Virus record (IMG/VR): IMGVR_UViG_3300030104_001138
Coordinates: 1 to 40,082 of that record
Direction: 5' to 3' (one strand)
From: a virus
Lineage: Duplodnaviria; Caudoviricetes
DNA: 40,082 bases
The notes under the pieces: generated by a model
The model's database searches: none
Seen by the model: the letters and a program-made list of their open reading frames with translations, nothing else
What the model was told of the DNA's origin: nothing
Program-made: the position numbers and the translations under genes
In this document: positions 25,815-34,689 of the stretch, piece after piece
Layout of the letters: every line of letters begins with the position of its first letter
How positions within the stretch are numbered: position 1 is the stretch's first letter

Positions 25815-27581
25815 ATGACGATAAATTCGACTACACGAAAGACGAATGCGTTAGTGGGAAATGGTAATACTGCTACATATCCTTTTGCGTTTAAAGTTTT
25901 TACAGATGCAGATGTCGTTGTTAAAAAACTAGAAGCAAGTACCAGTATAGAAACAACCTTAACTCTAGGTACTAACAATGATTATATAGTTACTTTAAAC
26001 ACAGACCAAAACGGCAATCCCGGTGGAAGTATAACCTTAAAATCAGGTGGTAATAATCAAAATTTAGCTAGTGGATTCAGTATTGTTATTACGTCTGCTG
26101 TAACACCACTACAAGGTACAGATCTTACAAACCAAGGAGGATTTTTCCCAGAAGTAATAAACGATGCTTTAGATAAAGCAACAATTTTACATCAGCAACA
26201 ACAAACAGAACTAGATCGGTCTATAAGATTTTCATTAACTAATACTATTGGTAGTTTAGAAATTACAGAGAATGCAGCGGCAAGAGCAAATAAAGTTTTA
26301 GCCTTTGATTCAGCAGGTGAATTTGAAATCTTACAAGAGCTAGGGACATATAGAGGAAACTGGGCTGCTAGTACTGCATATGCTGTAAGAGATCTTGTAA
26401 AAGATACATCGACAGGGAATATCTTCTTTTGTAATACAGCACATACATCTTCTGGCGCACAACCTTTAACAACCAATACGCATTCAGCTAACTGGGATTT
26501 AATAGTAGATGCAGCAACAGCTACTACGTCAGCAACCAATGCTGCGTCATCGGCAACAGCGGCAGCATCAAGTGCTACTACAGCAACTACTCAAGCCAAT
26601 ACAGCAACTACTCAAGCTACAACAGCTACAACTAAGGCATCTGAAGCAGCAACGTCCGCAACCAATGCAGCTACTAGCAATACAAATGCAGGTAATTCGG
26701 CAACAGCGGCAGCATCTAGTGCGACTAGTGCAGCCAGTTCTGCCACGACAGCTACAACTCAAGCGAGTAATGCTTCTACTTCTGCAACCAATGCTGGTAA
26801 TAGTGCAACGGCTGCTGCATCTTCCGCAACTGCTGCATCAGGTTCTGCGTCTACTGCGTCAACACAAGCGACCAATGCTGCGTCATCAGCTACTGGTGCT
26901 GCTGGTAGTGCAACGACTGCAACAACCAAAGCAAGTGAAGCTGCTACAAGTGCGACTAATGCTGCTACGAGTGCGACTTCCGCAGCGACTTCTGCTGCAT
27001 CTGCTTTAGCTGCGTTTGATAATTTTGACGATACTTACCTCGGTGCAAAGTCTAGTGATCCTACTGTAGATAATGACGGTGATGCATTAACTGGCGGTGA
27101 TTTGTATTACAACACCACAGCAAATGTAATGAAAGTGTACACAGGCTCTGCTTGGGTTACTGCATATGTTCCCGGTGATGCTGCAAATATTACTTCTGCT
27201 GCTACTGGTGATATAGCGGCAACTAATGTACAAGCTGCATTAGCTGAATTAGATACTGAGAAAGTACCAAAAACTGGAGCAACTGGTTCAGCCAAGCTTC
27301 CATCTGGTACGACTGCACAGAGGGATGGCAGCCCGGCAGTAGGTATGCTGAGACACAATAGTCAATTAAATGCCTTTGAAGGATACAATAATGGTGCTTG
27401 GGGTTCTATTGGTGGCGGTGCTGCTGGTGGTGGCGGTGATGAAGTGTTCTTTGAGTCAGACCAAAATGTAACGACCAATTACACATTATCGGCAAATAAA
27501 CACGCCCACACCGTGTCCCCTACAATTAATAACGGAGTCTCAATTACTGTGCCATCTGGTGCAATATTAGTTATCTTATAG
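25815..27581 (+). CDS. Tail fibre protein
   Basis: N-terminal GNG-x-x-x-x-YPFAFKVF...DALDK-x-TI-x-x-QQ anchor; CBM-like YRGNWAASTAYAVRDLV; Ala/Ser/Thr coiled-coil stalk; FDDTYLGAKSSDPTVDNDG; LPSGTTAQR...FEGYN. Confidence 0.88.
   Translation: MTINSTTRKTNALVGNGNTATYPFAFKVFTDADVVVKKLEASTSIETTLTLGTNNDYIVTLNTDQNGNPGGSITLKSGGNNQNLASGFSIVITSAVTPLQGTDLTNQGGFFPEVINDALDKATILHQQQQTELDRSIRFSLTNTIGSLEITENAAARANKVLAFDSAGEFEILQELGTYRGNWAASTAYAVRDLVKDTSTGNIFFCNTAHTSSGAQPLTTNTHSANWDLIVDAATATTSATNAASSATAAASSATTATTQANTATTQATTATTKASEAATSATNAATSNTNAGNSATAAASSATSAASSATTATTQASNASTSATNAGNSATAAASSATAASGSASTASTQATNAASSATGAAGSATTATTKASEAATSATNAATSATSAATSAASALAAFDNFDDTYLGAKSSDPTVDNDGDALTGGDLYYNTTANVMKVYTGSAWVTAYVPGDAANITSAATGDIAATNVQAALAELDTEKVPKTGATGSAKLPSGTTAQRDGSPAVGMLRHNSQLNAFEGYNNGAWGSIGGGAAGGGGDEVFFESDQNVTTNYTLSANKHAHTVSPTINNGVSITVPSGAILVIL
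26510..27010 (+). repeat. Degenerate Ala/Ser/Thr heptad repeats (ATNAASSATAAASS-type) in the tail-fibre stalk
   Basis: Visible in the translation; locally GC-richer GCN/ACN/TCN codons. Confidence 0.8.
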
Positions 27582-27583
27582 TT

Positions 27584-28048
27584 ATGCCAATAGCAATCAA
27601 CGGGTCAGGAACAGTTACAGGAATCTCGGTAGGAGGTTTGCCTGACGGAATAGTAGATACTGATATGCTTGCTGCAAATGCTGTAGCAACTGCAAAGATA
27701 GCGGATAATGCAGTTACAGATGTAAAAGCAGGAACCTTAAACGGTATTGTAAAAGCATGGGTAAACTTTAATGGAACAGGAACAGTAGCAATAAGAGATC
27801 ATTACAATGTCAGTTCAATAACTGATAATAATACTGGAACTTATACTGTAAACTTTGATACTGATTTTGGGTCAGTTAATTACGCTGCTGTTATTTCTTG
27901 TGGAAATTCTTCTAATTCATCATCACCTAGAGGATTTGAAACTGTCTATAACTATCAAGCTGGTTCTGTAAAGTTTGATTGTAGAGATGAAAGCGGTAAT
28001 GAATCAGACCCATCAGTAGCTTGTTTAATTTGCGTAGGAGATCAATGA
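27584..28048 (+). CDS. Tail-fibre distal/accessory protein
   Basis: GISVGGLPDGIVDTDMLA; KAWVNFNGTGT-x-AIRD-x-YNVSSITD-x-x-TG-x-Y-x-VNF motif typical of marine phage fibre proteins. Confidence 0.75.
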   Translation: MPIAINGSGTVTGISVGGLPDGIVDTDMLAANAVATAKIADNAVTDVKAGTLNGIVKAWVNFNGTGTVAIRDHYNVSSITDNNTGTYTVNFDTDFGSVNYAAVISCGNSSNSSSPRGFETVYNYQAGSVKFDCRDESGNESDPSVACLICVGDQ

Positions 28049-28476
28049 GTAAAATTATTTATACAAATTCAGATGGTTCAGTTTCTATTATACATCCAAC
28101 AGGAGATGTTAATAATGCTATAAAGGACGTTCCAAGCGGTTTATCTTATGAAATTGTAGAAGATTCTGCAATACCAACAGATAGATCGTTTCGTAATGCT
28201 TGGAAGCAAAATAGTAAAACTATAGAAACAGATATGGCAAAAGCCAAAGAAATACATAAAACAAATATTAGAAATGCAAGAACACCTAAACTTGCAGAAC
28301 TTGATATTGAATTTCAAAAAGCATTGGAGACATCAGCTAGTACTACTGATATAGTTAGTAAGAAGCAAGCATTAAGAGATGCACCTGCTGATTCTGCTAT
28401 AGCGTCTGCTGATACAGAAGCCAAGTTAAAAGCACAATGGAACACATCTATTCTTGGTACTTCCCCTTATAGTTAA
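28045..28476 (+). CDS. Tail-fibre assembly/chaperone-like protein
   Basis: ATG 28045 overlaps the upstream TGA; KDVP-x-G-x-x-Y-x-IV, DRSFRNAW, IR-x-AR-x-x-x-L-x-x-LD and KQALRDAP motifs. Confidence 0.75.
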   Translation: MSKIIYTNSDGSVSIIHPTGDVNNAIKDVPSGLSYEIVEDSAIPTDRSFRNAWKQNSKTIETDMAKAKEIHKTNIRNARTPKLAELDIEFQKALETSASTTDIVSKKQALRDAPADSAIASADTEAKLKAQWNTSILGTSPYS

Positions 28477-28478
28477 TT

Positions 28479-29150
28479 ATGAGCAAAATATCACTCAAAC
28501 ACTCAGGCGGTAATGTTGTTTCACTCAACTCACCAACCAACGCTCCAAGTTCCGCAGACGTAGCATTTAAACTACCAAATGCTGATGGGAGTGCAAACCA
28601 ATTATTAAAAACTGACGGATCTGGAAACCTTGGATGGGCAACAGATCAAGGCGGTAAAATTCTTCAAGTACAATCAACTACAAAATATGATACTTTTAGC
28701 ACTACACAAAATAAAGGAGATATAACTGGTACAGATCAAAATGGTAGTGGTTCTGTCTGGTGTGTAAAAATTACACCATCTGCAACTACAAGTAAAATAC
28801 TTGTTCAAGCAATGGTGACAGGTACTCATACATCACATCATGGAGGTATTTGGCTATTAAGAGATTCTACAGATATAGCTAAATCGACATACACAGGTGG
28901 AGGAACATTAGCAACAATGAAAATGGGTGTAAATCATGGAACTAGCGGTGGAGGAGAACACGTTTTTACAACTTATCCTATTCTCTTTTTAGATTCTCCT
29001 AGTTCAACAAGTGAACTAACTTATAAAGTTCAATGTGGAGATGGTAATGAAGGTGGAACAACTTATATAAACCGAGCAGATACTCAAAGTAACTGGGCTG
29101 GAAGTTGGAAAGGTGTAAGTACAATAACAGTAATGGAGGTAGCAGCATAA
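28479..29150 (+). CDS. Tail-fibre-associated beta-rich protein
   Basis: FKLPNADGS-x-x-Q-x-L-x-TDGSGNL, GGKILQV, ITPSATTSKILV, LDSPSSTS-x-x-TYKVQ and STITVMEVAA motifs. Confidence 0.75.
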   Translation: MSKISLKHSGGNVVSLNSPTNAPSSADVAFKLPNADGSANQLLKTDGSGNLGWATDQGGKILQVQSTTKYDTFSTTQNKGDITGTDQNGSGSVWCVKITPSATTSKILVQAMVTGTHTSHHGGIWLLRDSTDIAKSTYTGGGTLATMKMGVNHGTSGGGEHVFTTYPILFLDSPSSTSELTYKVQCGDGNEGGTTYINRADTQSNWAGSWKGVSTITVMEVAA

Positions 29151-29181
29151 TGGCTATCTCTTATAATTAAGCTAAAACACT

Positions 29182-29502
29182 ATGGCACTAGATCACGAAG
29201 CTATTTACAAAAGTCACCCAACAGTTGTTTCTATTGATGACTCTGCTGGTGCGTTTGATAAAGATGGTAAGTCTGTAACTCTTGAGCAAAGCAAGATAGA
29301 TACTGCAAGAACTGAATTTAATACGGCTGCGGCTGCTATCAAGTATCAAACTGATAGAACAACTGATGGCTCTACAACCTATGCTTCTATAGGAGATCAG
29401 TTGGATATGTTATATAAAGATATAGTAGCTGGAACTGTTACTACTTCTGGCACATGGGCTACTCACATCAAAGCAGTAAAGGACGCTAATCCAAAACCAT
29501 GA
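29182..29502 (+). CDS. Tail-fibre chaperone-like small protein
   Basis: Y-x-x-x-R...Y-x-SIGDQLDMLY-x-D...IKAVKDANPKP motif following a fibre gene. Confidence 0.72.
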   Translation: MALDHEAIYKSHPTVVSIDDSAGAFDKDGKSVTLEQSKIDTARTEFNTAAAAIKYQTDRTTDGSTTYASIGDQLDMLYKDIVAGTVTTSGTWATHIKAVKDANPKP

Positions 29503-30602
29503 GTGAAATCAAAGTAAATTCGATAAAAGGGGTAGGAGCTAGTGCTGCTGCTATTACTGTCAACAATACTGATGGAACGTGTACTGCCAATATTACTAAT
29601 AACCTAAGTAATCGTAATTTAATAATCAATGGAGCTATGCAAGTGGCTCAACGTGGTACGTCATCTACAGCAAATGGTTATGGAAGTGTTGATAGAATAT
29701 CTCCTTATTCTGCTAACACAAGTGTCACTACAACTCATTCACAAGTAGCTGTAACAACTGGAGGTGCTTATGATGCTGGTTTTAGGAAAGCATTTCAAGT
29801 CACTAAACCTGCTGGTTCTGTGGCAGCAAATGGTCAGATAGCAATTAATTATTCTATTGAAGGACAAGATATAGTTAATTCTGGTTGGAAAATGACTGAT
29901 CCAAATAGTAAATTAACTTTATCTTTTTGGGTAAAATCTAGTGTAGCTAATCATAATCCCACTTTTTATGTGCAAGCGTATGATACTCCTTCTGCTACAC
30001 AATTTTTTAACGGTCAAGTTTCTGCTTTAACTGCTGATACTTGGACAAAAGTAACCACAGTAATTCCAGGTCATGCAGATATAGGAATAGCCAATGACAA
30101 CACAAAAGGTTTGGTTATCGGATTAAATCCTTGGTATGGAACAGATTTTACAGATGCTGGTAATACAAATGGAGCGTGGACAACTTTTGGAACTAAGCCT
30201 GTGGATAGTACATGGCTTACAACAAATGGAGCAACATTTCAAGTAACAGGATACCAATTAGAAGTAGGCAGCGTGGCAACAGATTTTGAGCATTTAAGCT
30301 TTGGAGACACTTTGGCTAAGTGTCAGAGGTATTTTCAGGCTTATCCACATGACAACCCCACTTCTGCAAATGGAATACGATTAAATGGAGATTATTCTTC
30401 AGTCTTTCAAACACCTATGAGAACTACTCCAACAGGAACTGTTTTTGGTGTTGGTGGTATAGGTGGTAGTAATAGTGGTAAATATGACAAAGATGCTGTA
30501 GGTAATACAACTGCTGCTATAGAAACAAAAAGTTCTGGTTTTGAAATAGATACTGATGGGGGCGTAGGATTAGCTGCTGTTACTCTATCTGCGGAGCTTT
30601 AA
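29499..30602 (+). CDS. Tail-fibre / receptor-binding carbohydrate-binding-like protein
   Basis: NRNLIINGAMQVAQRGTS, TLSFWVKS and QLEVGSVATDFEH...L-x-x-CQRYF motifs of cyanophage-type fibre proteins. Confidence 0.78.
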   Translation: MSEIKVNSIKGVGASAAAITVNNTDGTCTANITNNLSNRNLIINGAMQVAQRGTSSTANGYGSVDRISPYSANTSVTTTHSQVAVTTGGAYDAGFRKAFQVTKPAGSVAANGQIAINYSIEGQDIVNSGWKMTDPNSKLTLSFWVKSSVANHNPTFYVQAYDTPSATQFFNGQVSALTADTWTKVTTVIPGHADIGIANDNTKGLVIGLNPWYGTDFTDAGNTNGAWTTFGTKPVDSTWLTTNGATFQVTGYQLEVGSVATDFEHLSFGDTLAKCQRYFQAYPHDNPTSANGIRLNGDYSSVFQTPMRTTPTGTVFGVGGIGGSNSGKYDKDAVGNTTAAIETKSSGFEIDTDGGVGLAAVTLSAEL

Positions 30603-30604
30603 TT

Positions 30605-30775
30605 ATGATTTTTACAAACGCAAAATACTCAGCAAGAAATGGAGTAAATTATGGTGTTCATGTAACAATAGATGGTGTTGTATCTTATGTTCCAATCAAT
30701 GAACAAAATACTGATTATATAGAATTAAAAAAACAATTAGATGAAGGCACTATTACTATTGAAGCTGCTGATTAA
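30605..30775 (+). CDS. Small fibre-associated protein, 56 aa (...VPINEQNTDY...TIEAAD)
   Basis: Read manually; the P-x-x-E-x-NTDY and IEAAD ending typically follow CQRY-type fibre genes. Confidence 0.7.
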   Translation: MIFTNAKYSARNGVNYGVHVTIDGVVSYVPINEQNTDYIELKKQLDEGTITIEAAD

Positions 30776-30903
30776 TTAACCTTATCTTGCATCTGCCTTG
30801 TCATTATCCCCATAGTGACGTAGAGAGGGGATAGACCTATAATTAGCAGTAATGTAGCGAATGTCATAACTGACATAGCTCTAATAATTGCAAATTTAAT
30901 CAT
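30772..30903 (-). CDS. Small membrane peptide, 43 aa (MIKFAIIRAMSVMTFATLLLIIGLSPLYVTMGIMTRQMQDKVN)
   Basis: Read manually; fills the gap between two + strand genes; hydrophobic helix. Confidence 0.5.
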   Translation of the reverse strand: MIKFAIIRAMSVMTFATLLLIIGLSPLYVTMGIMTRQMQDKVN

Positions 30904-30909
30904 TTTTCT

Positions 30910-31122
30910 ATGCTAAATCGTGTTTGTCAAATTTTGAGTATTGTCTCATTTGTAATGGTAACTTCTGTTATTGGTGGAGGGTACTTTGGTTATAAGTATG
31001 TAACGTCAGAACAGTTTAAAACAAAAATCATGAACTCTATACTTCGTGATGTTAAAGGTATGCTTCCAAATGTGATGGACAATGCCTTACCAAAAACAAC
31101 AGGTAAATCAATACCTTTTTAA
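30910..31122 (+). CDS. Small single-TM membrane protein
   Basis: N-terminal hydrophobic helix, then GGGYFGYKYV; C-terminal LPKTTG-x-x-IPF. Confidence 0.7.
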   Translation: MLNRVCQILSIVSFVMVTSVIGGGYFGYKYVTSEQFKTKIMNSILRDVKGMLPNVMDNALPKTTGKSIPF

Positions 31123-31749
31123 GTGGAAATACCTGAGATAAATATTCCAGATATACATATTCCTGAGATTCATATACCTTATACTTTTTTACCTAACTAT
31201 GACCACTCAAATGTAGAGGTTATAGGTTGTACTTATTATCATCGAGATACAAAGAATACAGGCAATAGAAATTTATTAATAGAAGACCCTAAAGGTGTAA
31301 GTAGTAACTGTCCGTATCCAAGTTTTTATCCTTTAAATTATCAACCAGATCAACTTGTTATTGTTGAAGAAGCTGCACCAGTAGAACAAACACAACAACC
31401 TTTACCAGAAGGAAAACCTCCTAAAGCAGAGATACCAAAAGATAAAAAGAAAGAAGATATATATAAACCATGCCCACCTAAAAATGCACCTTACAGAGAA
31501 GGAGATTTCAAAAATGAGCTTCGGCTTGAAAGGCTGGTAAAATGGGAAAGAGACATATCAGATGGTTCTTGCAATGCGGTCTGGGAAAAAGTACCTTTCA
31601 TCGACCAATACATCCCAACTCCTAGCGTGGTTGTTTCTACTGCTGTTATCGCTACTGTGGCTGCGACTACACCTGTTATTATCAACTTAATAAAACCTAT
31701 AGTGAAAAACTTAATAAAGAAACTTACAAAGAAAAAAGACGTAAAATAA
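31123..31749 (+). CDS. Pro/Cys-containing protein with a C-terminal TM anchor
   Basis: GTG start; IPEI repeats, four Cys, hydrophobic VVVSTAVIATVAATTPVII followed by a Lys-rich tail. Confidence 0.72.
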   Translation: MEIPEINIPDIHIPEIHIPYTFLPNYDHSNVEVIGCTYYHRDTKNTGNRNLLIEDPKGVSSNCPYPSFYPLNYQPDQLVIVEEAAPVEQTQQPLPEGKPPKAEIPKDKKKEDIYKPCPPKNAPYREGDFKNELRLERLVKWERDISDGSCNAVWEKVPFIDQYIPTPSVVVSTAVIATVAATTPVIINLIKPIVKNLIKKLTKKKDVK

Positions 31750-31769
31750 TAATAATAATAAAAATAAAA

Positions 31770-32339
31770 TTGATCTTTCTTCCTGATAAAAAATATTCCA
31801 TCATTTATGCTGACCCTCCTTGGCAATATAAAAGAAATGGTGGTAAATCTGCTGAAAGTAAATATGATATAATGTCTTTAGAAGAGATAAGAAATTTACC
31901 TATAAACAATATTTCTGAAGATAATAGTCATCTTTATATGTGGGTTACAAATCCTTTTATTTCTGAAGGATTAGAAGTTTGCAAAAGTTGGGGGTTTGAA
32001 TATAAAACATTATTAACTTGGGTGAAAACTTATAAAGATGGTAGTCCTGTTATGGGGATGGGATATTATTTCAGAGGTGCAACTGAACATATTATCTTTG
32101 GTGTTAAAGGCAAAAAACTTTGTAATAATAAAAATACAAAAAATATTTTTTATGGGACACAAAGACAACATTCAAGAAAACCTGATTTTATAAAAGATAT
32201 GATCGTCAAATGTAGTGGTGATCTTCCAAGAATAGAATTATTTGCAAGAGAAGAATCACAAGGTTGGGATTGCTGGGGAAATGATACACAAAAATTCAAT
32301 AAAAATGTTATGCAAAAAGAACTTATATTTAATAGTTAA
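31770..32339 (+). CDS. MT-A70-family N6-adenine methyltransferase
   Basis: KYSIIYADPPW, LYMWVT, WGFEYKT-x-x-TWVK, GMGYYFRGATE, HSRKP and RIELFAR...GWDCWGN motifs. Confidence 0.92.
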   Translation: MIFLPDKKYSIIYADPPWQYKRNGGKSAESKYDIMSLEEIRNLPINNISEDNSHLYMWVTNPFISEGLEVCKSWGFEYKTLLTWVKTYKDGSPVMGMGYYFRGATEHIIFGVKGKKLCNNKNTKNIFYGTQRQHSRKPDFIKDMIVKCSGDLPRIELFAREESQGWDCWGNDTQKFNKNVMQKELIFNS

Positions 32340-32346
32340 AAGCAAG

Positions 32347-33072
32347 TTAAGATTTATTTTCTGTTTTTATTTCGTGCGTATGTGGGATAACTTGACCTGC
32401 TGGGACTGAAACTTTTATACCTTCACAAATACTTGCATATTTACCAGTAAACGTAACACCTAACTTAGCCTGCTCACCACATATTTTTAACCTAAACATA
32501 GCAGTCTCTAACTTAGTTTTTTCATATAACAACTCTTGATTTTTAATATTAATCTCAGATGCTTTATGACAAAGTTTTGGAGATCTGCCTAATGGAATAT
32601 TTATCTGTGCTGAAATTCCATAATTAATATTATAATTATCCTTCTCAAATCTCGGTGTCTCCTGTATGTACTTAATCGCTCCAGTATTTTCATCGTAAAT
32701 ATTTTGTCTAGTTACTGTTTGTCTTGGAAGATTATATGTATGAGCATCTGTTACATAAGGGGTAATTGTTAGCGATGGGGAGGAGCAAACAATACCCTGA
32801 CTCATTCTAAATTGAGGACTACTATTCGGCATTATTTGCGTTGCATTATTGTTAACTGTTCCTTGTGCTTGGCTACTGGGAGAAGCCACAGTTGTATTAG
32901 CTAAAACCCTTGCAGGGCAAAGGATTACAAGAATTACTGACCAAAGGTAGTTTCTACGGTGGTGGTAGTAGTTGTATTTATGGTGCGGTTTATTGTTGTT
33001 ATTGTGTCGATTCCCGGTGTGATCATTGTTTCTACCAAGGAGAAAGGTTGACCAGAATTTACTATTTTCCAT
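32347..33072 (-). CDS. Predicted exported protein with signal peptide (start uncertain)
   Basis: RRNYLWSVILVILCPARVLA signal-like segment; beta-rich region NYGISAQINIPLG; several Cys. Confidence 0.7.
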   Translation of the reverse strand: MENSKFWSTFLLGRNNDHTGNRHNNNNKPHHKYNYYHHRRNYLWSVILVILCPARVLANTTVASPSSQAQGTVNNNATQIMPNSSPQFRMSQGIVCSSPSLTITPYVTDAHTYNLPRQTVTRQNIYDENTGAIKYIQETPRFEKDNYNINYGISAQINIPLGRSPKLCHKASEINIKNQELLYEKTKLETAMFRLKICGEQAKLGVTFTGKYASICEGIKVSVPAGQVIPHTHEIKTENKS

Positions 33073-33371
33073 CTAGGCACACCTTCCAACGTAGGACTTG
33101 TATATGAGAAGTTAATCCCATTGACTGTCTGAGTGGCTTCTGCGGTGGGGATTGAGTTGATATAACCATTGGCATCATTACTTTCTATGTTCGTGCCTGA
33201 AACGCTTAGAGAGTATCCTGTGCGGTATTGATGACTCGTTATTGATTCCGTTATTACTGATTGGGAAGTGCTGTTTGTCGAAGAACTTCCTGTACGGAAC
33301 GTTGGCACAATTGGGTTTGCAAGGATTTTGACAGGAAATAATATTATTAATAGCAGCCAAAGTTTAATCAA
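32934..33371 (-). CDS. Predicted exported Ser/Thr-rich beta protein
   Basis: Signal peptide MIKLWLLLIILFPVKILA; ends TTTTTVETTFGQ. Confidence 0.75.
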   Translation of the reverse strand: MIKLWLLLIILFPVKILANPIVPTFRTGSSSTNSTSQSVITESITSHQYRTGYSLSVSGTNIESNDANGYINSIPTAEATQTVNGINFSYTSPTLEGVPRWKIVNSGQPFSLVETMITPGIDTITTINRTINTTTTTTVETTFGQ

Positions 33372-33886
33372 TCTATGGTGATGGTTACTGTAGTGGACGC
33401 AACACAGCTAGAACCTGAACCAAAGGCACCAGAACACGTTGTAACACCTGACGATAAACTTGTCATAGCCCCAGAGCCTAAAGTACCTCCACTTCCTACA
33501 GTTGTTTGTCCTGACAAGTGTGGCAATGCTGCTATACCTGATGATGGTGTAACAGCAGAAGGAGTCGCATCGCCTATTGTTACCGCTTCAGTTAGTGAAA
33601 ATGCACTCCCTGCTGTTGTGATAGCCTTATCAGTTTGAATTAAAGCTGGAACACCTGCGGTCAAACTTCCTACATTCAATCCTCCGATGGCACCAGAGGT
33701 ACTTGAGCCACCAGACGTTACTGAAGGGGTGATATTTGACCCGCTAAGACTGTATGTAGTCCCCAACTTATTAGTAACGCTATAAGGCATATCAACAGTA
33801 ATCTGTGCAGAGGTTGTGAACTTCTGAGTTATATCAGCATAAGCTGGGGCTGATAATAGAAATAGAAAAGGAAGTAATTTTTTCAT
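33368..33886 (-). CDS. Predicted exported Gly/Ser/Thr-rich protein
   Basis: Signal peptide MKKLLPFLFLLSAPAYA; C-terminal Cys pair; 4-nt overlaps with both neighbours. Confidence 0.78.
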   Translation of the reverse strand: MKKLLPFLFLLSAPAYADITQKFTTSAQITVDMPYSVTNKLGTTYSLSGSNITPSVTSGGSSTSGAIGGLNVGSLTAGVPALIQTDKAITTAGSAFSLTEAVTIGDATPSAVTPSSGIAALPHLSGQTTVGSGGTLGSGAMTSLSSGVTTCSGAFGSGSSCVASTTVTITID

Positions 33887-34284
33887 GATTTTGTTTTCTT
33901 GTCTACAACTTCCGCACCAAGAATCTTGATGGGTGTTTCTATTCTAATAGTTTGATAGTTTCCTGACTGTGTAGCTAATAACGCTTCTACTTCTTTCTTG
34001 CTTAATGGTTTATCTTCTGGTTTAAACGTACCGTCACCTCTTTTTTTTGCACCTTCTAAACCAAAACTTGCTAACGCTCCAGTTAAAAGCGAAGCCGGAA
34101 AAGTTATATCTTTGGGTTCGTTACTATAACCGGGGATTGAAATGTAGTTTAAAGAAACTATAAATCCACTCCAAGCAACAACAACAAGCCTCACTACAAC
34201 TGAGATAAATGCAAGTTGTTCTTCCTTATCCTCAATAGTTTCTTTTAATTTTTTTAGTGGTCCTTTTTTAATTTCTTCTGTCAT
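33883..34284 (-). CDS. Two-TM membrane protein
   Basis: FISVVVRLVVVAWSGFIVSLNYI and ITFPASLLTGALASFGL hydrophobic segments with charged termini. Confidence 0.75.
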   Translation of the reverse strand: MTEEIKKGPLKKLKETIEDKEEQLAFISVVVRLVVVAWSGFIVSLNYISIPGYSNEPKDITFPASLLTGALASFGLEGAKKRGDGTFKPEDKPLSKKEVEALLATQSGNYQTIRIETPIKILGAEVVDKKTKS

Positions 34285-34331
34285 AACTAAGATTTATTAG
34301 TCATACTATACATAAACACCTATTAAAGCAA

Positions 34332-34493
34332 ATGCCTGAGATATATAGTGCATTAATTGGAGCAGCAGCTACTGCTTTAGTTATGGTTATATCTAACATG
34401 AGTAGTCGTAGAGAACGAGACATACGAGATATATACTTTAGATTAAATAAGTTATCTGAAGCAGTCAGTAGGATAGAAGGACAGATTCAATAA
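34332..34493 (+). CDS. Small TM + coiled-coil protein, 53 aa (MPEIYSALIGAAATALVMVI...VSRIEG)
   Basis: Read manually; N-terminal TM then a heptad region, as in holin/antiholin-like small proteins. Confidence 0.68.
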   Translation: MPEIYSALIGAAATALVMVISNMSSRRERDIRDIYFRLNKLSEAVSRIEGQIQ

Positions 34494-34524
34494 TGTTTGC
34501 TATGTTTGGAAAAACTAACAAACT

Positions 34525-34689
34525 ATGTACAAATTACTGAAGCCTATATTATTACGCTTCCTTACTACGACAGCTTGCAAAAGGTTAGTAGTGGATTTGT
34601 GTCGTGCTTTTGTAAAACAGACCTCAAATACATTAGACGATAAAGCAGTAGATCTTCTTGAGCAGCAATTGTTTCCCAAATTAAACTGA
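34525..34689 (+). CDS. Small amphipathic protein, 54 aa (MYKLLKPILLRFL...TSNTLDDKAV...)
   Basis: Read manually; T-x-N-x-LDD-x-x-V motif recognised from small cyanophage late genes. Confidence 0.7.
   Translation: MYKLLKPILLRFLTTTACKRLVVDLCRAFVKQTSNTLDDKAVDLLEQQLFPKLN

Noticed and set aside
26509-27009. 166-aa +1-frame ORF (Gln/Leu/Arg-rich) inside the tail fibre
   Set aside because: Explained by GCN/ACN/TCN repeat codons, which cannot create +1 stops; no RBS; low complexity, unlike the 20908 ORF.
25815-30775. Diversity-generating retroelement expected from the BPP-1-like virion genes
   Set aside because: No reverse transcriptase and no template/variable repeat pair seen.
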